Shown here piece by piece: positions 10,845 through 19,201 of a DNA stretch of 32,000 bases (position 1 is its first letter; each line of letters opens with the position of its first letter). The stretch is from NCBI RefSeq assembly GCF_000020025.1, contig NC_010628.1, positions 4,020,001 through 4,052,000 on the forward strand, in the 5' to 3' direction. This stretch comes from Nostoc punctiforme PCC 73102. GTDB lineage: Bacteria > Cyanobacteriota > Cyanobacteriia > Cyanobacteriales > Nostocaceae. The notes under the pieces are model-generated. The model saw nothing but the letters and a program-made list of their open reading frames with translations, made no database searches and was not told the origin of the DNA. The position numbers and the translations under genes were made by a program.

Positions 10845-10971
10845 AGCAGAAGTTACTTGACAAATGCTTTGAAGAGTTGAGAGAAAGAGCAAAAGAATTG
10901 CTTTACCCCATCTCCGATTAACTAAAAAAGTGAGAGCACATCTCGTGCGTTACCCTCGGCAGGTGTGATCC

Positions 10972-12143
10972 CTGGAGTTTAGACTAAATCGGTCATGTTC
11001 AAGAAAAAAAGGGGGTCTGATTGAATACAGTCCCCCTTTTGGTAGAAGCTGAGAGAAATACGACTAACTCTCACCTACCAACATGAAAAGCGCTAGACTT
11101 GAAGAGTTTCGTCAAGTAGCCTACAAATATTTAGGTAGAACTAAAGACGCGACCTTTGAATTAACAGATGCCATATTACTGACCCGCAATGTTTATTCCT
11201 TAGCAGACTTATCGTTATCACCAGTATTTAGACGCAAGTGGCCAAGCATCTATGAGGCGCTACAAGATAGCAGGCCACAGCGGCAAAAATTGATGCAGCT
11301 ATATATCAAACAGATACCAACTGTGGAGCGACCTTTATTGGCAGGAGATCATACGAACTGGTCACGACCAGATGCAGTTAAATTACAAGAAAGGACTTAT
11401 GAACATAGTGGCACATCCATAGCGGGAAATAAACCGATTACCATTGGTCAGGGATATAGCACAATTGCCTGGATACCAGAAAATGAGGGGAGTTGGGCAT
11501 TACCATTAAGACATGAACGAATCACTTGTGCCGAAAGCCCGATTAGCAAAGCAATTTGGCAATATGAGGGTTGAACGCAAGGACGCGCAAGGCAATGAAC
11601 GAGTCTCCAAACCTTTATGGTTGGCTTGGGTAGGAGAAGAAATGCCACCATTAGAAGAAGTTTGGTGTCTTTACTTGCGTCGTTTTACAATTGACCATTG
11701 GTATCGCTTTCTGAAGCAGCGTCTACACTGGACAGTTCCAAACTTAAGCACTCCTAAGCAATGTGACAGGTGGAGTGACCTCATGCCTCTGATGACTTGG
11801 GAATTGTGGTTGGCCCGTGATATCGTGACTGACCATCCCCTTCCTTGGCAGAAATCTTAGGGTAATTTGACTCCTGGAAGAGTTGCTCAAGCTATGGGTG
11901 GAGTTTTCGCGGTGATTGGTACTCCCACCTCTGCACCCAAACCTCGTGGAAAGTCCCCTGGTTGGCAACCAGGAAAAAAGCGTCACCGTAAACACCGATG
12001 CCCGATTGTTAAAAAAACTGTAACAGCACCACGCAAAGAACCATCAATTGCAGTTTAATACTCAAAATTATTGATATTTTCACTAAGTCTCTGATTAACT
12101 CAGCCCTGCTGGGTCATTTTGCATGGCTTAGTCTAAGCTCCAG
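10972..12143 (+). mobile_element. Degenerate IS (IS701/IS4-superfamily-like) of ~1.17 kb, probably internally deleted
   Basis: Terminal inverted repeats are CTGGAGTTTAGACTAA (10972-10987) and TTAGTCTAAGCTCCAG (12128-12143), matching 15/16. They enclose transposase fragments in three ORFs. No target duplication is visible. Confidence 0.65.
11083..12058 (+). pseudogene. Fragmented DDE transposase (three ORF pieces)
   Basis: The N-terminal piece (..SPVFRRKWPSIYEALQDSRPQRQKLMQLYI..LLAGDHTNWSRPDA..) matches a cyanobacterial transposase family I recognise. There is a frameshift near 11520-11575 and an in-frame TAG at 11861-11863. Only ~325 codons lie between the IRs, which suggests an internal deletion. 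Confidence 0.7.
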
Positions 12144-12148
12144 ACATT

Positions 12149-12334
12149 ATGCGCGAATCAGTTATTTACAAAATGATTAAAACTGAAGGCGAAGAAGAAG
12201 GTAGCGACAAAAAAGCCCGTGAAATTGCAGCTAATATGCTGGCAGAGGGCATGGCTGTTGACACAATCGTTCGGCTGACTGGCTTATCGGTGGAAATAGT
12301 ACAAGAGTTACAGCAGCAACAATCCTTAGAGTAA
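12149..12334 (+). pseudogene. C-terminal fragment of an Rpn/DUF4351-type (PD-(D/E)XK putative transposase/nuclease) gene, truncated by the IS
   Basis: MRESVIYKMIKTEGEEEG...IAANMLAEGMAVDTIVRLTGLSVEIVQEL resembles the conserved tail of that family. The frame (..PDIMRESVIY) opens exactly at the right IR of the IS. No matching 5' part lies left of the IS. Confidence 0.4.
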
Positions 12335-13925
12335 CCCAGGATACTTATTCTTGAGTTACCCTAACCTCAATAAAAGGTTCAATGCACTCCGTTGCTTTTT
12401 CTCTCATAGTGCAACACGTCCAGCTTTGTGCTTGACAGAAAAAGAACAAAAAATTTTGAGGCGCTGCATAACATTAAGTTTATATATAGCAATCCAATTT
12501 GATTCCTGAATCACTCGTAGAGAGAGGGAACAGAAAATGGGGAACATGAAATAAGGAATAAAATTGTACTAACTTTTGTTCAAAAATCAAGTATAAGTCC
12601 TATAGCATTTCTGTACCTCATGTAATTAAGAACCGCTATATGCAAGTCCCAACCCAAGTTTAATGGAACACCATCCCTAGAATGCGTGTAAAACAAAACA
12701 TTGGCTCCCATTCGCTAGTCAAGTGCTACGCCATCAACCCAAGGAAGCAATTATCAAGCTGCGGAAGGCGGTGTACCAAAGGGCATCAGTGGAGGCGATC
12801 GCAGATGTGGCGATGGCGTAACCGCCCGATGTAGGCGATCGCAACAAAGCCATACAAGTCTACAATCTCATCTCCCGGCAATGGCAAAGAGGAATCGTGC
12901 AGGACTATTGGGAGCTAGGGGGTCTTCTAGAGGTGCGCTGTGGTAAGCGGGTGCCATTCGTGTTTAGTGGGGAACATGTGGCAGTGTTTGGTGGATGAAC
13001 AAGGCCGCTATTATGTGGCTGTTCCCCAATTGGTTGACGTTGAATTAGTCCCACCAAATCAAAGCTAAAAACAGCAAAAAGCTTTACTAAATATTGGTTT
13101 CCAGTCCCACGTGAGTTTCATTTTTTTTGTTAAACTCAAAACTGAATTCCACCCAAAAGCTGTTAACGCACTACCATCGAGAGGGAAGATTATCCTTTGG
13201 TTGCGGCAACTGAACCAATCCAACAAGCGACTAACATAGCCAGCACCAACTAGATTTTGGGAACAAATTGGACACATTCGCCCTTCAGCATGAATGACCA
13301 TCACCCCAAGGGAGCAATCGTAGGCTGTGGAGAGCGGTTGTGGCAAGGGCAGAGGTGCGGGCGGCGATCGCTAATATAACTTATTTATTGAAACAAAATG
13401 CCGACCAATGTCCTTCCACCGTGCAATCTCAAACTTTCACAGAGCAAAGGTAATGACTTAAGTCTTTAAATATGAAAAGATAGCCACATAAGGAAAGCGC
13501 TGCCTTGGGCAGCGCAGCTAGGAAATTAGTAGGTTTCTATATTACTGCTACTATCTAGCAAGTAACTGCATAATTTGCTCCAAAAGCGGAAGTTAACAGC
13601 GATCGCTTTTACCTCTGTTAACTCCTTAATTCACGCCAGTTATCAAGCATATCAACTCTAAAAAGAGGCATAGCAGCAAGCAGGAAAACATCAAAGCTAG
13701 TCTAGAAGTAATTGGATAGCTGTGTCAGGCGGTTGTTAATGATTAATTAGTTCTATTGAGAAAATCACCTATCTAAAGAAGTATCTTATATTTGTTTTCA
13801 AGGATGAATAAGTTAGCTCTGATTATCACTTTACAAGAAAATTAAAAAAAATTGCTTCCTTGGGGAATGTTTATTCGTTAAGTCATACCATCTCAATCCA
13901 AGTAGGATTGAAATACCTTTTTGAA

Positions 13926-14162
13926 CTAAATTTTATTTATAGTAGCTTTCAACCGCTTTAAGCGTTTATTCTGTACTGACCACTTTTGACAAGCATCTTT
14001 AGCTATTTCTATCTCCGATGGCGATAAAAAATCATCTGCTCGTCCAGAAGCTAAAATTCGAGCGGCAATCACCGCTTTTTCATACTTCACACCGTACTTA
14101 ACTAATTCTGTGCAAAATATTTTTTCTCTTTCTTCTATTGGTGTAAAGTAATTACTTGCCAT
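13926..14162 (-). CDS. Hypothetical small helical protein (78 aa)
   Basis: ATG-initiated ORF with plausible composition, but no recognisable family or SD. Confidence 0.4.
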   Translation of the reverse strand: MASNYFTPIEEREKIFCTELVKYGVKYEKAVIAARILASGRADDFLSPSEIEIAKDACQKWSVQNKRLKRLKATINKI

Positions 14163-14637
14163 TGCTTAACAGATACAAGATTTATTAATTTTAAAATACA
14201 TCAACGAAAATAAGTTTTCGTTTCAAATCTTACAATTTATATAAATTTATAACTTCTATCTGGAGATACTTGAGTACAAATATTGCATCTGCCTCTGGAG
14301 TAATAAGAAGGCTGTGAGAAGTTGAGACCATAAAACAGTAAAAAAAAGCCGTAGAAATATTAAAAATTAATTAAATATTATTTTCAATGTAAAGGAGAAA
14401 AATCTTGAATTTCCATACAGGAACCACCAAACACAGACTAAAAAAATAGCATTGCTGAATCAAAGTATGAATCATGTGATGCCTGGGGCGGGCGTAGCCA
14501 TCGCTAAATCCTTTTATTAGCAATAAAAGTATAGAACTCTTGCTGCATGACATTCGGGTTAATGAGATAATCGATGACCTTTTTTGAATCGGAGCAAAGC
14601 AACTTGAGTTGTGTAAAACCGAGAGCAAACGGGAGCT

Positions 14638-15381
14638 TTATTCCTGTTCTGATTCAACAATTCGTGGGAAAAAATAACCACTACCTTTTGCTGTGATAAT
14701 GAATTCTGGGTCGTTGGGGTCGGATTCTACCTTTGTTAGCAATCGAGATATATGCACATCTACTACACGAGTGTCTGTATGAGACCCTGGTACAAAACCC
14801 CACAATTGCTGCAAGATTTCTAACCTTGAAAAAACTCTTCCCGAATGATTTACTAACAGCTCTAGCAAGCTAAATTCTATACCTGTTAGCCGAATGCGTT
14901 GCTCATTTTTATGGACTTGCCGCTTATTCACATCGATTTTGAGATTACCGACATGGATTATAAGAGAGTTAGGAATAATAGTATTGATATCACTTTTGTG
15001 AAAGCGTCGTCTTAGTAAAGAAGCGATTCGAGCTTCTAATTCCTTGGGTGAAAACGGTTTTATCATGTAGTCATCAGCACCAAGTTCTAGCCCAGTGATT
15101 CGGTCTGCTACATCTGCCAAAGCTGTGAGCATGATGATTGGCACATCCGATTGTTTCCGTAATTCAAGACATACACCATAACCATCTAGCTTTGGCATCA
15201 TCACATCCAGAACTATTAAATCAGGAGTTTCTCTACTCCAAGCTGACAGAGCTTCTTCGCCATCGCTTGCAGTGACTACATGGTAGCCAATCATTTCTAA
15301 ACGTGTCTGTAAAATTCGCCGGATGCTGGCTTCGTCGTCTACTACCAGTATTGTGCCTTTATCACCTGATAAGTTTCCCAA
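14638..15381 (-). CDS. OmpR-family response regulator, RpaB (Ycf27)-like paralog
   Basis: The receiver domain (ILVVDDEASIRRILQTRLEMIGYHVVTASDGEEAL..PDLIVLDVMMPKLDGYGVCLELRK.SDVPIIMLTALADVADRITGLELGADDYMIKPFSPKELEARI) is very close to RpaB as I recall it. The C-terminal winged-helix domain (RLTGIEFSLLELLV...DTRVVDVHISRL) is more diverged. No kinase gene is adjacent. Confidence 0.93.
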   Translation of the reverse strand: MGNLSGDKGTILVVDDEASIRRILQTRLEMIGYHVVTASDGEEALSAWSRETPDLIVLDVMMPKLDGYGVCLELRKQSDVPIIMLTALADVADRITGLELGADDYMIKPFSPKELEARIASLLRRRFHKSDINTIIPNSLIIHVGNLKIDVNKRQVHKNEQRIRLTGIEFSLLELLVNHSGRVFSRLEILQQLWGFVPGSHTDTRVVDVHISRLLTKVESDPNDPEFIITAKGSGYFFPRIVESEQE

Positions 15382-15609
15382 CGCTGTTCCTCCACAACGA
15401 GAACTCTTAACTCTCTATTACTCTGATTTAGAAATGGCTCAAAAAAGAGATTTGTGCCTAATTGATAAATTGATAAATTCCTGATCAAGGGACTCGTATT
15501 TTCCATAGATTTGCAGTAAAGTGTTAACTCCGTGCCATTATTAACACCTGACTTTTAACAAATCTACTGTCATCCAAATTTTTTGCCAATGCCTTTGAGG
15601 GAATAGCCA

Positions 15610-15897
15610 ATGAATACTTCTAATGAGATATATACAAAGAAAATCATCAAAAAATCCGACAAGCTTACCCTGAGACAGATGAAGTTAATCGAAGAAGCAG
15701 AAGACCAGCTTCTTCAAGCTAATACTATCAAATATACAGCCCCCGTAGTTGAGGAGAAACCAGTAGCCATTTCTCCTTCAAGAGAACCTGACTATATTCC
15801 ATTCCTTGACAATCCTCCGGTACAATCTGTGGGCAATTCCGGTTGGCAGATTTCCGATATTTGGCGGGATATCCGCGTGGATGATTTTTGTGGGTAA
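15610..15897 (+). CDS. Hypothetical protein (95 aa)
   Basis: ORF with GAGGGA ~8 nt upstream of the ATG. A weak hairpin plus T-rich run follows the stop (15900-15927). No family recognised. Confidence 0.35.
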   Translation: MNTSNEIYTKKIIKKSDKLTLRQMKLIEEAEDQLLQANTIKYTAPVVEEKPVAISPSREPDYIPFLDNPPVQSVGNSGWQISDIWRDIRVDDFCG

Positions 15898-16019
15898 GTA
15901 GCGAAGCCATCGCTTTTGTCTTGTTTTAACTTGGCTATCATTAACCCAGGGCATCCACATCTCGATTACTTTAGAGCGCAACCAACGATTTTTGTAAACT
16001 ATCTTTACACCAAATCATA

Positions 16020-16083
16020 GCTATGGTTGCATTGTGTCTATAATTAATTTACGGCTAATTATAGCTATAAGTGCAACCATAGC
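16020..16083. repeat. Nested imperfect palindrome (64 nt): 12-bp outer stem and 9-bp inner stem
   Basis: GCTATGGTTGCA (16020-16031) pairs with TGCAACCATAGC (16072-16083). Inside, CTATAATTA (16038-16046) pairs with TAATTATAG (16056-16064) around a 9-nt loop. TTTGTAAA motifs flank it at 15991 and 16086. Confidence 0.8.
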
Positions 16084-16200
16084 ACTTTGTAAATGTGTAT
16101 CGCTTTTCTTAGGCATCTTGGGCGATCTCTGAAAAAACAGAATTCATCGGCAGCGCAATAGTCCCTATTTTCGTTGCCAACATGCACTTCTTTGCGATCG

Positions 16201-16340
16201 TGTGCGTTTGCAGACTAAATGAAATTTTTTCAACGTAATAATAAGGGTTTGAGGAACTTTTGTTGCAGACTAAATGAAATTTTTTCGCGGACTAAGTGAA
16301 ATTTTCCCCCTAAATTTGCAGACTAAATGAAATTTTCCTC
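16201..16340. repeat. Array of four direct ~23-bp repeats starting with 5'-TGT; candidate transposase-binding end of a Tn7/Tn5053-like element
   Basis: TTGCAGACTAAATGAAATTTTTTC occurs at 16208-16231 and 16263-16286 (identical copies). The variant GCGGACTAAGTGAAATTTTCC is at 16287-16307, and TTGCAGACTAAATGAAATTTTCC is at 16316-16338. The block opens with TGTGCG at 16201 and abuts the tniQ stop. The repeats are certain; the functional call is inference. Confidence 0.6.
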
Positions 16341-16342
16341 AA

Positions 16343-17155
16343 TTACATAACATCTTGATTTGCGTCATTTTGAGTTAAGCCCCAACCAAGCAATGTATGC
16401 AGTTCTAATAAAGGGAAAAATACGTAATCACTAATTATCGTATCTTTAGCTATTAAACCTTCAAATAAATCATAATAATAACCAGATAAATTATCTCGGT
16501 CTGATGCTTTTAAATTTTCTAAATACTGAATGTCATCAGTATAGTTAACTAAATCTATCTCAGGGACTTGACAGAGCAGAGAAATTTGGTAGGACAAAGC
16601 AAATTGTTCAGCACTGATAGTAGTTATAGAAGAATTACGTAAATCAAATCCACACTTGCATTTGAGTAATTTAGCTCTAAAAAACTGAATAGACTGATGA
16701 CAATTAGGACACTTTTCAATTAGAAAACATTTATGGAAAGGACATCCTGTAACACTATGCAGATGCCACACTTGACGATAATAAGGCGATAACTGCAAAC
16801 AAACAGGGCATAATCTTGGGCCTTGTTTGCGAAGAAACCTAACTGGAATATTCTCTCCAAATGCTTGAACAATAGTTGCATAGAAAAATTTAGTCTTGCC
16901 AAGAGCCACAGAACTAAATGCCATCGACCAAAGAGTTTTTTCTGACACTCCAGTAATATGACTTAGCAAACATAAGCTATCAAATTGAGGATAAAAGATA
17001 TTGGCATACCTTTCTGTCTTTGTTAACGCAGAAACTTTTAAAATATAATCGGGAGAAGAGTAATAATTACTATCAGCGAGTCGGGTAATATACCCAACTA
17101 AACTTTCATCAGCGTAAGGATGAGGGCGGCGTAAAAGTTTGTTATCAGTGTACAA
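16343..17155 (-). CDS. tniQ: TniQ-family transposition targeting protein
   Basis: 270 aa. The N-terminus has P-x-P-x2-DESL-x-gyixRLA (RRPHPYADESLVGYITRLADSN). Cys/His zinc-finger-type spacing is present (CPVCL...WHLHSVTGCPFHKCFLIEKCPNCHQ). The gene lies directly downstream of a TniB-like fragment. Confidence 0.85.
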   Translation of the reverse strand: MYTDNKLLRRPHPYADESLVGYITRLADSNYYSSPDYILKVSALTKTERYANIFYPQFDSLCLLSHITGVSEKTLWSMAFSSVALGKTKFFYATIVQAFGENIPVRFLRKQGPRLCPVCLQLSPYYRQVWHLHSVTGCPFHKCFLIEKCPNCHQSIQFFRAKLLKCKCGFDLRNSSITTISAEQFALSYQISLLCQVPEIDLVNYTDDIQYLENLKASDRDNLSGYYYDLFEGLIAKDTIISDYVFFPLLELHTLLGWGLTQNDANQDVM

Positions 17156-17173
17156 GCTAACTCCCTCCTTTTC

Positions 17174-17722
17174 CTATTTATGTAAAATGTCAGATGCCTT
17201 TGTTGAGCGAGTTTTTGGTTTAATTCTCTGATTAGTAGCTTCTAACGTTGAAAATTCTTGTAAGGAATAAACTTGCTTTTCATATAAAAGATATTCATCA
17301 GTAAGAAAAGGGTTATGCTTGTGTAGCTTATCTGCTTTTACATACTTGTCAAATGCAGTAGCTAAAACATTTAAATCAAGTTTCTCTAACCCTTGACTAA
17401 GTGCTAAATAAGTCCCATAACGAATTAGTTTCATCACATAAGCAACAACACCTTCAGATGCGTAGTAAAAACGCAGGGACATTTCTTCACTAGCTAAACA
17501 AGATTCATCACTCAAGGGAAGTTGTGATTCCACTGCATGTATAAAAGTCCTAAATTCTTTACCAGAATCAGCTTTCCATTCAAAAGGGCTGAGAGTATAT
17601 CTATTAGTAAACCTACGACTTAGCTGAGAGTTAAACTTAAAAACTGCATTACTTTCTGGTAAACCAATTAAAATTATCGGAACTTTAGCATCTAAAATTA
17701 AATTTTTTAACCAGTCAGAAAC
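17174..17722 (-). pseudogene. tniB: TniB/TnsC-like AAA+ transposition ATPase, C-terminal half only (5' part removed at the ISAs1 junction)
   Basis: The frame is open from the IS boundary: VSDWLKNLILDAKVPIILIGLPESNAVFKFNSQLSRRFTNRYTLSPFEW...LPLSDES...ASEGVVAYVMKLIRYG. This follows the TniB C-terminal pattern. No Walker A/B region is present, and nothing beyond the IS encodes it. Confidence 0.75.
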
Positions 17723-17727
17723 CAGGG

Positions 17728-18851
17728 CTATTTCATTCTAAAAAGCTGCTTGAGTGTGTCTAGTCCAAAAGAACATAAACGTTGAGCTTGTGCCATATTT
17801 TCAAACATATTACTGCGATATAAATTAAGTGAAAAATTGCGAGCAAGCGCAAAAATTTGAGGAAGAGGAGTAGTGCGAATTCTAGATTTATCTTCGCCTT
17901 GAGTAACGTCTCGAACATAGTGGACTTTATTCTCAACACCCCAATATCCTCTGATACGTTCAGCAAAGGCTTGCACCGTTTCGCTTAAAGATGAAATATA
18001 ATAACGGGTTTCATTAGTTACTTCAATCACATTGTGTGTGAAAACCTGACGCTCTGATTTGACTTTAATCAAAGTGGTAAGTCCAGGCCAAGGACGAATA
18101 CCATCGAGATTTTTACAAATACTGACATGACGCTTTTCGATTCGACCATGCCCTTTATTTATCTGCTCATAAGCCAATTCTGGCGTGAAATTTGTTTTGA
18201 CATCTTTGAATAAGTTAAGCTGATTGCCTTTTAAGGCGGCAATATAATCATTCCCACTATTTATAATCAACTCACAAGTTTTTTTTGAGTATTAATAGCA
18301 TCAAAAGCAAAGATAACCCCATTGAGAGCCAGTTTGGAAATCAACTCAGGTAAAGCAATAATATCATTAGTTTTGGCATCAACTTGAAATGGCTCTAAAA
18401 TTAAGCCTCGCTCAACAATATAAGAACTAACTAACATCATCGCTGGATGCGAATCCGAGTTAGGGTTATCATTTTCAATCTGATATGAACCCTTGAGGAC
18501 TTTACCATCTAACCCAACAGTTTCTCCAGTATTTGGTTGTACATTAAAGAATTTGCTCAGACATACGGAATAATCTTCGTAATCTACGTGTAATAAGGCA
18601 CGACGTACAGTGCTATAAGATGGTAGTCTATTTTTTGGCGGTTGAAAAAGTTCAATCCACGGCTCACGGTAGCTTGAAATCCAGTCTCCAATTGCTAAAA
18701 ATCCTTTGTTCCCTGCTGCGATGCCTACGGCGGGCTGCGCCTACGCCAATGTGAAAAGTGCCAAAGATAATGGTAGATTATGTCTCTGTCCGGCGCGGCG
18801 ACGGGGGTCTTTTAGACCTGCAAAAGCTTTGATAATTTCGATTTCAGACAC
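17728..18851 (-). pseudogene. ISAs1-family transposase with frameshift and in-frame stop
   Basis: The N-terminus from GTG 18851 reads SEIEIIKAFAGLKDPRRRAGQRHNLPLSLALFTLA, then TAG (18743-18741) inside an inserted GC-rich mini-repeat. A frameshift occurs at the A8 tract (plus-strand T8 at 18279-18286). The C-terminal 180 aa has the ISAs1 hallmarks GHGRIEKR and IRGYWGVENKVHYVRDVTQGEDKSRIRT. Confidence 0.85.
18718..18747. repeat. GC-rich dispersed mini-repeat (GCGATGCCTACGGCGGGCTGCGCCTACGCC family)
   Basis: Related copies lie at 9818-9844 (GCGATGCCTGCGGCGGTAAACTACGCC) and 14478-14504 (GATGCCTGGGGCGGGCGTAGCCATCGC). This copy sits inside the ISAs1 transposase ORF and supplies its stop codon. Confidence 0.7.
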
Positions 18852-19201
18852 GGTAATAGATGCTTGAAGTAGAATTGGCGCTGCACCTTACCATATCGCG
18901 TCTACATTTACAATGAAATAGCCCTGTCTCCCAGTGGTTCATCTACAAATGAGTATGGCGATCGCTTTGCACTAATGCTTAAATTTTTATCTCTCAACAT
19001 CTCCCCTAAGTATGAAAATAATTCACAACTCTAGGTAGTAGCGCCAGTCATTGAGGATGACTAATATATATTAAGGTAATTTCATATTCACTCCAGTTTT
19101 ATCTATATTTAGTCATCCTCCGTTGCGCGTACTGGGGATATACCGTCTGTCTAAGTAATTTTTATAGCCTCAATAAAGCGTTCCTTAGCACAGCGACAGA
19201 T

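Larger units (their letters stand above)
17723..18926 (-). mobile_element. ISAs1-family insertion sequence (1204 bp)
   Basis: Inverted repeats are CAGGGCTATTTCATT (17723-17737) and AATGAAATAGCCCTG (18912-18926), a perfect 15 bp that extends to 19/20. The element encloses an ISAs1-type transposase. No clear target duplication is visible. Confidence 0.85.

Noticed and set aside
10981-10989. The 9-mer AGACTAAAT is shared between the IS701-like left IR and the Tn7-like 23-bp repeats, which might suggest a relationship.
   Set aside because: A single 9-mer match on either strand of 32 kb is close to chance expectation. The flanking bases differ, and the right IR does not share the 9-mer.
13065-13346. 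ORF 13065-13346(-) (93 aa) and ORF 14371-14628(-) (85 aa) were considered as genes.
   Set aside because: The first spans one of the diverged paralogous segments in a region full of stop-ridden frames. The second covers a GC-rich mini-repeat and AT-rich promoter-like DNA. Neither has recognisable motifs or start signals.
12692-13371. The two 111-bp paralogous segments could be the template and variable repeats of a diversity-generating retroelement.
   Set aside because: The differences are not confined to adenines of one copy (T-to-C and C-to-T changes occur), and indels are needed to align them. No reverse transcriptase gene is present, and neither copy sits at the 3' end of an ORF.
13946-13954. 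The minus strand reads GGTTGAAAG, resembling the 3' end of type V-K CRISPR repeats. This could be a lone or delocalised crRNA.
   Set aside because: It is a single 9-mer inside a plausible 78-aa ORF, with no second repeat and no adjacent spacer or repeat structure. A chance match is expected in 32 kb.
15900-16200. A tRNA or other attachment-site gene was expected just outside the transposon end, as is typical for Tn7-like and CAST insertions.
   Set aside because: No T-arm or acceptor-like sequence (GGTTCGAATCC-type) appears on either strand here or anywhere else in the window.
16208-16338. The four 23-bp repeats could be a small CRISPR array, which would hint at a type V-K CAST given the adjacent tniQ.
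   Set aside because: The gaps between copies are 31, 0 and 8 nt, so there are no regular spacers. The repeats are AT-rich and non-palindromic. No cas12k-sized ORF or other cas gene lies anywhere in the window. The pattern fits transposase-binding sites better.
19053-19120. The GACTAA-containing inverted arms could be the opposite (tnsB-proximal) end of the Tn7-like element.
   Set aside because: The two sites are inverted relative to each other rather than direct. Only GACTAA(A)T is shared with the 23-bp motif. No terminal TGT/ACA is present, and no 5-bp duplication matches GATCG at 16196-16200.
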